DNA of 32,000 nucleotides from contig NZ_LN831024.1 of NCBI RefSeq assembly GCF_001457615.1, positions 1,020,001 through 1,052,000 of the forward strand. The letters are read 5' to 3'. Numbering within the stretch: position 1 is the first letter of the stretch; each line of letters begins with the position of its first letter. Below are positions 12,746 through 20,456 of the stretch, piece by piece. The notes under the pieces are model-generated. The model saw nothing but the letters and a program-made list of their open reading frames with translations, did no database searches and was not told where the DNA came from. This stretch comes from Pseudomonas aeruginosa (lineage in GTDB: Bacteria; Pseudomonadota; Gammaproteobacteria; Pseudomonadales; Pseudomonadaceae). Both the position numbers and the translations under genes were made by a program.

Positions 12746-12955
12746 GGCGCGTGAGCTTACCACTAAAAGCGCTTCGTGGCGGCTGCGCGGACGACCTTTC
12801 GGGCGCCGCGCCCGGGCCCTGCGTGACACGTCCCGGGCCTGATGTGGCGTGGCGTGTGCTAAAGTTCGGCGAATATTCATACAACGCTCGCCAAGGGCGG
12901 ACCATGACGAGGGAGGTGGGGCTCCCGGTCCGTTCGAGGAGCACTGCGGGGCATC

Positions 12956-15343
12956 ATGCGGCACTGGCTGATTCTCTTTCTTCTTGCGTTGCCGTGCCTG
13001 GCGGGTGCGGTGAGCTTCAACGAGCAGGTCGAGCGCCTGCCGCTGGGGCAGTCCATCGACGTGTTCGAGGACGTGCGCGGTAGCGCCGATATCAACGACA
13101 TCACCTCGCGGGCCATCGACAGCAGCTTCCGCCGCCATGACAAGGACGTGCTCAATGCCGGCTATTCGCGCTCGGTGTTCTGGTTGCGCCTGGACCTGGA
13201 CTACCGGCCGGTCGCCTCCAGCGATCCGCGCACCTGGCTGCTGGAGCTGGCCTATCCGCCGCTGGACAAGCTCGACCTCTACCTGCCCGATGGCCAGGGC
13301 GGCTACCGCCTCGCCCAGCGCACCGGCGACACATTGCCGTTCGCCAGTCGGCCGATCCGGCAGAACAACTACCTGTTCGAACTCGGCCTCGAGCCGAACA
13401 AGCCGCAGCGTGTCTACCTGCGGCTGGAAAGCCAGGGGTCGATCCAGGCGCCGCTGACCCTGTGGTCGCCCAAGGCCTACCTGGAGGAGCAGCCCGAACG
13501 CATCTATGTGCTCGGCATCATCTATGGCGTGCTGCTGGTGATGCTGATCTACAACCTGTTCATCTTCCTCAGCGTCCGCGATACCAGCTATCTCTACTAC
13601 ATCCTCTATATCGCTTCGTTCGGGCTCTACCAGGTCTCGGTGAACGGCGCCGGCATCGAGTACTTCTGGCCCGACAGCCCCTGGTGGGCGAACGCCGCCA
13701 CGCCATTCCTGATCGGTTCGGCGGCGCTGTTCGGCTGCCAGTTCGCGCGCAGCTTCCTGCATACCCGCGACCACAGCGTGTGGGTCGACCGCGGCCTGCT
13801 GGCGCTGATGGCGGTCGGCGCGCTGGTCATGCTGATGGCGCTGACCATGAGCTACGCCGTGGCCCTGCGCCTGGCCACCTACCTGGCGCTGGCCTTCACC
13901 GGCCTGATCTTCGCCGCCGGCATCCTCGCCTGGCTGCGCGGCATGCGCGTGGCGCGCTATTTCATCATCGCCTGGACCGCCTTCCTTCTCGGCGGCATCG
14001 TCAACACCCTGATGGTCCTCGGCTACCTACCGAACATGTTCCTCACCATGTATGCCAGCCAGATCGGTTCGGCGCTGGAGGTGGGCTTGCTGTCGCTGGC
14101 GCTGGCCGACCGGATCAACGCGATGAAGGAGGAGCGCGCGCGAATCCTCCAGGAGTCCAGCCGCAAGCTGGAAGCGCTGAACCAGGAACTGGCCAACAGC
14201 AACCGCCTGAAGGACGAGTTCCTCGCCACCGTCACCCACGAACTGCGCACCCCGATGAGCGGGGTGATCGGTTCGCTGGAGCTGATGCAGACGGTGCCGA
14301 TGGACGTCGAACTCGCCGAGTACCAGCGCACCGCCGCCGGTTCGGCGCGGGACATGATGCGGATGGTCAACGACATCCTCGCCCTCATCGAACTGCAGGC
14401 CGGCAAGCTCTACCCGCGCCGCGAGCCGTTCAGCCTGCGCGGCCTGTTCGACAGCCTGCGCGCGCAGTACGCGCCGCGCGCCGAGGAGAAGGGCCTGCGC
14501 TTCGCCCTGCAACTGGACGACAGCCTGCCGGATACCCTCGAAGGCGATGCCGGCAAGCTGGCCCAGGCGCTGGGCTACCTGGTCGACAACGCGATCAAGT
14601 TCACCGCCAGGGGCAGCGTGACCCTGCGCGTCGCCGCCGGGCGTACCCATGACGGGGTGGCGCTGCGGGTGGAAGTGATCGACACCGGCATCGGTTTCGA
14701 CATGGCCGCCGGCAGCGACCTCTACCAGCGTTTCGTCCAGGCCGACAGCTCGTTGACCCGTGGCTACGGAGGCCTCGGCATCGGCCTGGCTCTGTGCCGC
14801 AAGCTGGTGGAGCTGCTTGGCGGCGAGCTGACCCACGAGTCCCGGCCGGGACAGGGCAGCCGCTTCCTCCTGCGCCTGCAACTGACCCAGCCGGCCCAGG
14901 GCCTGGCGCCGCCGCCGCGGCGCGCCGGCGGGCAGGCGGTGCGGCGTCCCGAGGAGTGCACGGTGCTGGTGGTGGAGGACAACGCCATCAACCAGTTGGT
15001 GACTCGCGGCATGCTGCTCAAGCTCGGCTACCGGGTGCGCACCGCCGACAACGGTAGCGAAGCCCTGGAGTTGCTGGCGCGCGAGCGGCCGGACGGCGTA
15101 CTGCTCGACTGCCAGATGCCGGTGATGGACGGCTTCGCCACCTGTCGGGCGATCCGCGCGCTGCCCGGCTGCGCGGAACTGCCGGTGCTGGCGTTGACCG
15201 CCCACAGCCACAGCGGCGATCGCGAGCGCTGCCTGGCGGCGGGCATGAGCGACTACATGGCCAAGCCGGTCAAGTTCGAAGAGTTGCAGACCCTGCTGCA
15301 CGATTGGCTGCTGTGCCAGCCGATCGTCACCAAGTCCGCCTGA
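12956..15343 (+). CDS. ladS: LadS-type hybrid sensor histidine kinase (7TMR-DISM sensor, HisKA, HATPase, REC)
   Basis: 795 aa: signal peptide, 7TMR-DISMED2-like periplasmic domain, 7 TM region, H-box FLATVTHELRTPMSGVIGSLE, catalytic GGLGIGLALCRKLVELLGGEL, receiver CTVLVVEDNAINQ...VLLDCQMPVMDG...LTAHSH...YMAKPVK. Divergent from thiD. Confidence 0.93.
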   Translation: MRHWLILFLLALPCLAGAVSFNEQVERLPLGQSIDVFEDVRGSADINDITSRAIDSSFRRHDKDVLNAGYSRSVFWLRLDLDYRPVASSDPRTWLLELAYPPLDKLDLYLPDGQGGYRLAQRTGDTLPFASRPIRQNNYLFELGLEPNKPQRVYLRLESQGSIQAPLTLWSPKAYLEEQPERIYVLGIIYGVLLVMLIYNLFIFLSVRDTSYLYYILYIASFGLYQVSVNGAGIEYFWPDSPWWANAATPFLIGSAALFGCQFARSFLHTRDHSVWVDRGLLALMAVGALVMLMALTMSYAVALRLATYLALAFTGLIFAAGILAWLRGMRVARYFIIAWTAFLLGGIVNTLMVLGYLPNMFLTMYASQIGSALEVGLLSLALADRINAMKEERARILQESSRKLEALNQELANSNRLKDEFLATVTHELRTPMSGVIGSLELMQTVPMDVELAEYQRTAAGSARDMMRMVNDILALIELQAGKLYPRREPFSLRGLFDSLRAQYAPRAEEKGLRFALQLDDSLPDTLEGDAGKLAQALGYLVDNAIKFTARGSVTLRVAAGRTHDGVALRVEVIDTGIGFDMAAGSDLYQRFVQADSSLTRGYGGLGIGLALCRKLVELLGGELTHESRPGQGSRFLLRLQLTQPAQGLAPPPRRAGGQAVRRPEECTVLVVEDNAINQLVTRGMLLKLGYRVRTADNGSEALELLARERPDGVLLDCQMPVMDGFATCRAIRALPGCAELPVLALTAHSHSGDRERCLAAGMSDYMAKPVKFEELQTLLHDWLLCQPIVTKSA

Positions 15344-15431
15344 AGCCGTTCCGCGGCTGGCTGAAATGCCGGCCTGCGCGACCTGTATGTCTCTTTAGGC
15401 AAAGCCTGAAGCGTGATTCACTGGGAAAAAG

Positions 15432-15445
15432 TGAATCCGGATTCA
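15432..15445. promoter_or_regulatory. Perfect 14-bp palindrome, candidate TetR operator
   Basis: TGAATCCGGATTCA is its own reverse complement; a third half-site GATTCA lies at 15415..15420. Confidence 0.45.
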
Positions 15446-15448
15446 GTC

Positions 15449-16096
15449 ATGGTCTATCGTGTCACCGAACGCCGCCTGCAACGCGATTCCGCGCTGCGCG
15501 AGCGCATCCTCCAGCTAGGCCTGCGGCGTGTCGCGGAGGGCGGTTTCGCCGCGCTGACCATGCAGGCCCTGGCCGACGACGCGGGGATTGCCACCGGCAG
15601 CCTGTACCGCCACTTCCGGGGCAAGGGCGAGCTGGCGGCGGAAATCTTCCGCCGCGCCAGCCAGCGTGAGGTCGATGCCCTGGCCGTGGTCCTGCGCGGT
15701 CCCGGCGCGCCCGCCTGGCGCCTGGCCGAGGGCTTGCGGCGCTTTGCCGCGCGCGCCTGGAGCAGCCAGCGGCTGGCCTTCGCCCTGATCGCCGAGCCGG
15801 TGGATCCTGAAGTCGACGAGCAGCGCCTGCGCTATCGCGAGGCCTACGCCGCACTGTTCGTCGAACTGCTCGAGGAGGGCCGGCGCAGTGGCGCATTCCA
15901 GCTTTCCCTGGTGCCGCTTGCCGCGGCCTGCCTGGTCGGGGCCATCGCCGAGGCGCTGGTCGGCCCCTTGTCTCCCCCGGCGCGCGCCGCTCGCGACAGC
16001 GGCCAGCCGGAACCGAGTCTGGAGCCGGTGAGTACGGCTCTGGTGAACTTCTGCCTGCGCGCGGTGGGCGCGCCTGTCTGCGAGGAACCCTCATGA
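15449..16096 (+). CDS. TetR/AcrR family transcriptional regulator
   Basis: ORF 15413 (GTG)..16096; N-terminal HTH LRERILQLGLRRVAEGGFAALTMQALADDAGIATGSLYRHFRGKGELAAEIFRRAS is a canonical TetR HTH. Start uncertain among GTG 15413, GTG 15431 and ATG 15449. Confidence 0.92.
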   Translation: MVYRVTERRLQRDSALRERILQLGLRRVAEGGFAALTMQALADDAGIATGSLYRHFRGKGELAAEIFRRASQREVDALAVVLRGPGAPAWRLAEGLRRFAARAWSSQRLAFALIAEPVDPEVDEQRLRYREAYAALFVELLEEGRRSGAFQLSLVPLAAACLVGAIAEALVGPLSPPARAARDSGQPEPSLEPVSTALVNFCLRAVGAPVCEEPS

Positions 16097-17742
16097 ACCT
16101 GCACCAGTACGCCGAAACCCACGAAGTGACCAACCAGGTACCGTCGCTGGATGGTGCCAACCTCTACCGCCTCGATCTGCCTCTCCAGGAGTGGGTGCGT
16201 CGCTACCAGGGCGGCTGGGCCGAGGAGCGCCTGCAGCGCTACGGTGAGCTGGCCGGCGGCCCGCTGATGGCGGCCGGCTTCCTGGCCAACCAGCACAAGC
16301 CGGAGTTCCATAGCCACGACCGCTACGGCAACCGCGTCGACCTGGTGGAGTTCCATCCCGCCTACCACGAGCTGATGCGCGCCGCCATCGAGCACGAACT
16401 GCCCTCGCTGCCCTGGACCGACCCGCGCCCCGGCGCCCAGGTGGCGCGGGCCGGGCTGTCCTACCTGCACAGCCAGGCGGAGGCCGGCACCGGTTGCCCG
16501 TTGACCATGACCTACGCCAGCGTGCCGGCGATTCGCCTGCAGGCGGACCTGGCCGAGAAATGGTTGCCGAAGATCCTCTCCCGCGAGTACGACCCGCGCA
16601 ACGTGCCGATGGAGCAGAAGGCGGGCGTCACCATCGGCATGGCGATGACCGAGAAGCAGGGCGGCACCGACGTCCGGGCCAATACCACGCGGGCCTACCC
16701 GGTGGGGATTCCCGGGCCGGGGCAGGCCTACGAACTGGTCGGGCACAAGTGGTTCTGCTCGGCGCCGATGTGCGACGCCTTCCTCACCCTGGCCTACACC
16801 GACAAGGGCCTGACCTGCTTCCTGCTGCCGCGCCACCGGCCGGACGGCAGCCGCAACCAGTTCTACATCCAGCGCCTGAAGGACAAGCTGGGCAACTGGT
16901 CGAACGCCTCCAGCGAAATCGAGTATCGCGGCGCCCTGGCCTGGATGGTCGGCGAGGAGGGCCGTGGCGTGCCGACCATCATCGAGATGGTCGCCATGAC
17001 CCGCTTCGACTGCATGATCGGCTCCAGCGCACTGATGCGTCAGGCGTTGACCCAGGCCGCCCACCACTGTGCCTACCGCAAGGTCGGCGGGCGGGTGCTG
17101 GCCGAGCAACCGCTGATGCAGAACGTGCTCGCCGACCTGGCCCTGGAAAGCGAGGCGGCGCTGGCCCTGACCCTGCGCATGGGGCATGCCCTGGACCGTG
17201 CCCACGACGAGCAGGAGGAGAAGTTCGCCCGCCTGGTCACCGCGGTGGGCAAGTACTGGATCTGCAAGCGTGCCCCGGCGATGATCAACGAAGCCTCCGA
17301 ATGCATGGGCGGTGCCGGCTACGTCGAGGAAACCATCCTGCCGCGGCTGTACCGCGAGGCCCCGGTGAACTCGATCTGGGAAGGTTCCGGCAACGTGCAG
17401 TGCCTGGACGTGCTGCGTGCCCTGTCGAAGGAGCCGGGGGTGCTCGACGCGTTGTTCGCCGAACTGGGCGACGGCCATGGCGACGCCCGTCTCGCCGCGC
17501 ACATCGGCAACCTCAAGGCGGCCTTCGCCGACACCGCCGACATCCAGTACCGCGCCCGCCAGCTCACCGAGGACGTGGCGATCGCCCTGCAGGCCAAGCT
17601 GTTGCTGGAAGCCGGCAACTCCGCGGTGTCCGACGCCTTCATCGGCAGTCGCCTGGGGGACGGCGGGCGGGTCTACGGCACCCTGCCGCGCGGCGTCGAG
17701 GTCGAGGCGCTGTTGGCTCGCGCCACCCCGCACCTGACCTGA
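16093..17742 (+). CDS. AidB-like acyl-CoA dehydrogenase family protein
   Basis: 549 aa with MTYASVPAIR, GMAMTEKQGGTDVRANTTRA, GHKWFCSAPMCDAFLTLA, CMGGAGYVEE...LPRLYREAPVNSIWEGSGNVQCLDVLR. ATGA overlap with the TetR stop. Confidence 0.92.
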   Translation: MNLHQYAETHEVTNQVPSLDGANLYRLDLPLQEWVRRYQGGWAEERLQRYGELAGGPLMAAGFLANQHKPEFHSHDRYGNRVDLVEFHPAYHELMRAAIEHELPSLPWTDPRPGAQVARAGLSYLHSQAEAGTGCPLTMTYASVPAIRLQADLAEKWLPKILSREYDPRNVPMEQKAGVTIGMAMTEKQGGTDVRANTTRAYPVGIPGPGQAYELVGHKWFCSAPMCDAFLTLAYTDKGLTCFLLPRHRPDGSRNQFYIQRLKDKLGNWSNASSEIEYRGALAWMVGEEGRGVPTIIEMVAMTRFDCMIGSSALMRQALTQAAHHCAYRKVGGRVLAEQPLMQNVLADLALESEAALALTLRMGHALDRAHDEQEEKFARLVTAVGKYWICKRAPAMINEASECMGGAGYVEETILPRLYREAPVNSIWEGSGNVQCLDVLRALSKEPGVLDALFAELGDGHGDARLAAHIGNLKAAFADTADIQYRARQLTEDVAIALQAKLLLEAGNSAVSDAFIGSRLGDGGRVYGTLPRGVEVEALLARATPHLT

Positions 17743-17753
17743 GGCGCGTCGCG

Positions 17754-18185
17754 ATGCAGGCGCATCCGCGCTACCGGGAGCTGGTCGAGCAGGGCTTCGC
17801 CGCGGCCAGTTTCGTCGGCGACCTCGGCATCCGTCCGCTGGACTGCGGGCCGGGTTGGGTCGAAGCGGGGCTGGACATCCTGCCCCGCCACGCCCAGCAG
17901 AACGGCTTCATCCATGCCGGGGTCCAGGCGACCCTGGCCGACCATGCCGCCGGGGCCGCCGCCGCGACCCTGGTGGAGGAGGGGCAGACGGTGCTGACCC
18001 TGGAGTTCAAGCTCAACCTGTTGCGCCCGGCGCTTTGCCAGCGCCTGTTGTGTCGCGCCGAGGTGCTCAAGGCCGGGCGCCAGGTGACGGTGGTCGAGGC
18101 CGAGGTGTTCGCCGAGCGGGACGGTCGGCGGCACCTGTTCAGCAAGGCCACCGTGACCATGGCGGTGGTGGCGCTGGCCGAATGA
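17754..18185 (+). CDS. Hotdog-fold PaaI-like thioesterase
   Basis: 143 aa MQAHPRYRELVEQGFAAASFVGDLGI...QNGFIHAGVQATLADHAAGAAAATLVEEGQTVLTLEFKLNLLRPA. Starts 11 nt after the dehydrogenase stop. Embedded in an artefactual 563-aa ORF. Confidence 0.85.
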   Translation: MQAHPRYRELVEQGFAAASFVGDLGIRPLDCGPGWVEAGLDILPRHAQQNGFIHAGVQATLADHAAGAAAATLVEEGQTVLTLEFKLNLLRPALCQRLLCRAEVLKAGRQVTVVEAEVFAERDGRRHLFSKATVTMAVVALAE

Positions 18186-18263
18186 GGTAACGGGAGAAAA
18201 GCGCTGTGTTTTCCTGTCGGTACAGGCAAGATGTTTTCCATGCGAACCGACAGGAAGCCCACC

Positions 18264-19739
18264 ATGAGTATCGATTCCGACGACGGGTTCGTCGTCGCCC
18301 GCACGGCCGAGGAGGCCGTCGACCGTCTTGCCGAGCTGCACCGCCAGGCCACCGCGGCGCTGAGCCAGGCGCTCAAGCGCTACATCAAGGAGCGCATCGA
18401 GCCGAGCGAGGCCGAGCGGCAGAACTTCCACTACCCGCAACTGCGCATCGGCTACCGCTGCCAGGGCGAGGTGCCGTCCACCACCCGCGCCTACGCCAAG
18501 GTCCAGGTGCCGGGCGAATACAGCGTCACCGTCACCCACCCCGACGCCTTCCGCAAGTACCTGCTGGAACAGTTGCGTCCGCTGATGGACGATTTCACCG
18601 TGCAGGTGCAGGTCGGCCCGAGCCAACAGGACATCCCCTATCCCTACGTGGTCGAGCAGGGCGACGAGCTGGCCGGCTCCGGGGTGACCGCCGCCGAGCT
18701 GGCGCGGGTGTTCCCCAGCACCGACCTGTCCGCCGCTTCCGACGACATCGCCGACGGCCTCTACGAATGGGAACGCGCCGACCAGTTGCCGCTGGCGCTG
18801 TTCGACGCCGCGCGGGTGGACTTCTCCCTGCGCCGCCTGGTGCACTACACCGGCAGCGACTGGCGCCACGTGCAGCCGTGGATCCTGCTGACCAACTACC
18901 ACCGCTACGTCGACCAGTTCATCCGCCTCGGCCTGACCCGCCTGCGCGAGGACCCGCGCTTCGTGCGCATGGTCCTGCCGGGCAACGTGATCATCGAACG
19001 CGGGATGGACGAAGGCGAGGCCAACGCCATCGTCGCCGGGGTGGTCTGGCACCGCTACCAGATGCCGGCCTACCACCTAATCGCCGCCGATGGCGACGGC
19101 ATCACCCTGGTCAACATCGGGGTCGGCCCGTCCAACGCGAAGAACATCACCGACCACCTGGCGGTGTTGCGTCCGCATTGCTGGCTGATGATCGGCCACT
19201 GCGGCGGCCTGCGGCAGTCGCAGACCATCGGCGACTACGTACTGGCGCACGCCTACATGCGCCGCGACGGCATCCTCGACCGCGCGCTGCCGCCGCACAT
19301 CCCGATCCCGGCGCTGGCCGAAGTCCAGGTCGCCTTGCAGGAAGCCGCCGCCGAAGTCACCGGTGAGCGCGGCGAGTCGCTCAAGCGACGCTTGCGCACC
19401 GGCACCGTGCTCACCTACGACGACCGCAACTGGGAGCTGCGCTGGGCCCAGGAGCGGCCACTGATCAACCTGGCGCGGGCCATCGCGGTGGACATGGAGA
19501 GCGGCACCATCGCCGCCCAGGGCTACCGCCTGCGGGTGCCCTACGGCACGTTGCTGTGCGTCTCGGACAAGCCGCTGCACAGCGAGATCAAGCTGCCCGG
19601 CTCGGCCAACGCCTTCTACGAGCGCGCGGTGAACCAGCACCTGCGGATCGGCATCGCCGCCCTCGACCTGTTGCGCAGCCAGCTCAACTCGCTGCACTCG
19701 CGCAAGCTGCGGAGTTTCGACGAGCCGCCGTTCCGTTGA
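18264..19739 (+). CDS. amn: AMP nucleosidase
   Basis: ORF 18231..19739; full-length Amn-like sequence (GNVIIERGMDEGEANAIVAGVVWHRYQMPAYHLI, MIGHCGGLRQSQTIGDYVLAHAYMR, VDMESGTIAAQGYRLRVPYGTLLCVSDKPLH). AGGAAG precedes ATG 18264; upstream ATG 18231 also possible. Confidence 0.95.
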   Translation: MSIDSDDGFVVARTAEEAVDRLAELHRQATAALSQALKRYIKERIEPSEAERQNFHYPQLRIGYRCQGEVPSTTRAYAKVQVPGEYSVTVTHPDAFRKYLLEQLRPLMDDFTVQVQVGPSQQDIPYPYVVEQGDELAGSGVTAAELARVFPSTDLSAASDDIADGLYEWERADQLPLALFDAARVDFSLRRLVHYTGSDWRHVQPWILLTNYHRYVDQFIRLGLTRLREDPRFVRMVLPGNVIIERGMDEGEANAIVAGVVWHRYQMPAYHLIAADGDGITLVNIGVGPSNAKNITDHLAVLRPHCWLMIGHCGGLRQSQTIGDYVLAHAYMRRDGILDRALPPHIPIPALAEVQVALQEAAAEVTGERGESLKRRLRTGTVLTYDDRNWELRWAQERPLINLARAIAVDMESGTIAAQGYRLRVPYGTLLCVSDKPLHSEIKLPGSANAFYERAVNQHLRIGIAALDLLRSQLNSLHSRKLRSFDEPPFR

Positions 19740-19744
19740 TCGGA

Positions 19745-19782
19745 CGCGCCGCGGTTTCCGTGCGGAAACCGCGGCGCGCTTC
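19745..19782 (+). terminator. Strong hairpin downstream of amn
   Basis: CGCGCCGCGGTTTCCG-TG-CGGAAACCGCGGCGCG, complementary over 16 nt per arm, starting 6 nt after the amn stop and followed by CTTC; weak T tract. Confidence 0.6.
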
Positions 19783-19889
19783 TACGCCTTGCGGCGCCGA
19801 GGCCTTACAATGATGGCCCTTCGCCCTGCGTGGAACCGCGGCGCCCTCTGCCGGTCGGAACGACCACGCCTGCCATCGATGTGAGCCCC

Positions 19890-20456
19890 ATGCCGTTCAG
19901 CGTCCCCACTCATCTCAGCAACCCGCTCCGTCGCTTCGCCCGTCGCCTGGTGCCCGATGCCGCGCCGGAAGTGGCAGCGCCGTTGCCGATGCCGGAAAGC
20001 CTGGCCGGCGAACCGTGGTTCTCGGTCGGGCGGGCGGTCGAGGCCCTCGGCGGCGAGCGGGTCGATGGCTGGATCCTGGAAGAATGGCGTGGCTTGGCCC
20101 TGCGCGCGCGTTTCAGCGCTTGCTGGCGCGATCCGCGCGGCAACCTCTGGAATGTCCTGCCGCAGGCGGGCGCCATCGCTTTCCTGGCCGACCCGCAGCG
20201 GCGCTACGAAGGCGTGCCGCTGGCCGACCAGTACCAGGCGCTCAGCCGCGATGTCCTGCTGGAAGACTACCTTGGCCTGCGGCGCCAACTGGCCCGCGCC
20301 GGCCTGGACGACGAGGCCCGCGAGCGCCTGGCCGGGATGGCCGCGCGCCTGGAAAGCTGGCTGGCCCTGGGCGGCCGTGGCGATAAGGCTTGCCCGTGCG
20401 GCAGCGGCAAGCGCTACCGCAACTGCTGCTCCCGCCTGGTGGCCTCGGCCTCCTGA
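19890..20456 (+). CDS. SEC-C motif-containing protein
   Basis: ORF 19830..20456; C-terminal DKACPCGSGKRYRNCC is a SEC-C metal-binding motif. Likely start MPFSVPTHLSNP. Confidence 0.8.
   Translation: MPFSVPTHLSNPLRRFARRLVPDAAPEVAAPLPMPESLAGEPWFSVGRAVEALGGERVDGWILEEWRGLALRARFSACWRDPRGNLWNVLPQAGAIAFLADPQRRYEGVPLADQYQALSRDVLLEDYLGLRRQLARAGLDDEARERLAGMAARLESWLALGGRGDKACPCGSGKRYRNCCSRLVASAS

Noticed and set aside
12746-13774. N-terminal 340+ codons of the 608-aa minus ORF containing thiD
   Set aside because: The frame merely stays open through the intergenic region and into antisense of ladS; thiD homology begins at [10 protein letters not shown] (12745).
13462-14652. 396-aa alternate-frame ORF and 424-aa antisense ORF (14027..15301) within ladS
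   Set aside because: ladS frame carries all histidine kinase and receiver motifs; alternates are arginine/proline/histidine-rich shadows.
16494-17753. Upstream extension of the 563-aa + ORF, overlapping the acyl-CoA dehydrogenase in another frame
   Set aside because: Only the last 143 codons (from 17754) show protein-like thioesterase sequence; the rest is out-of-frame dehydrogenase DNA.
15844-19076. Large minus-strand ORFs (629 aa and 467 aa) opposite dehydrogenase, thioesterase and amn
   Set aside because: Antisense shadows over well-conserved genes; no domain-like sequence.
18206-19366. 386-aa alternate-frame ORF in amn
   Set aside because: Amn frame gives continuous recognisable protein; this frame is R/P/G/H-rich.
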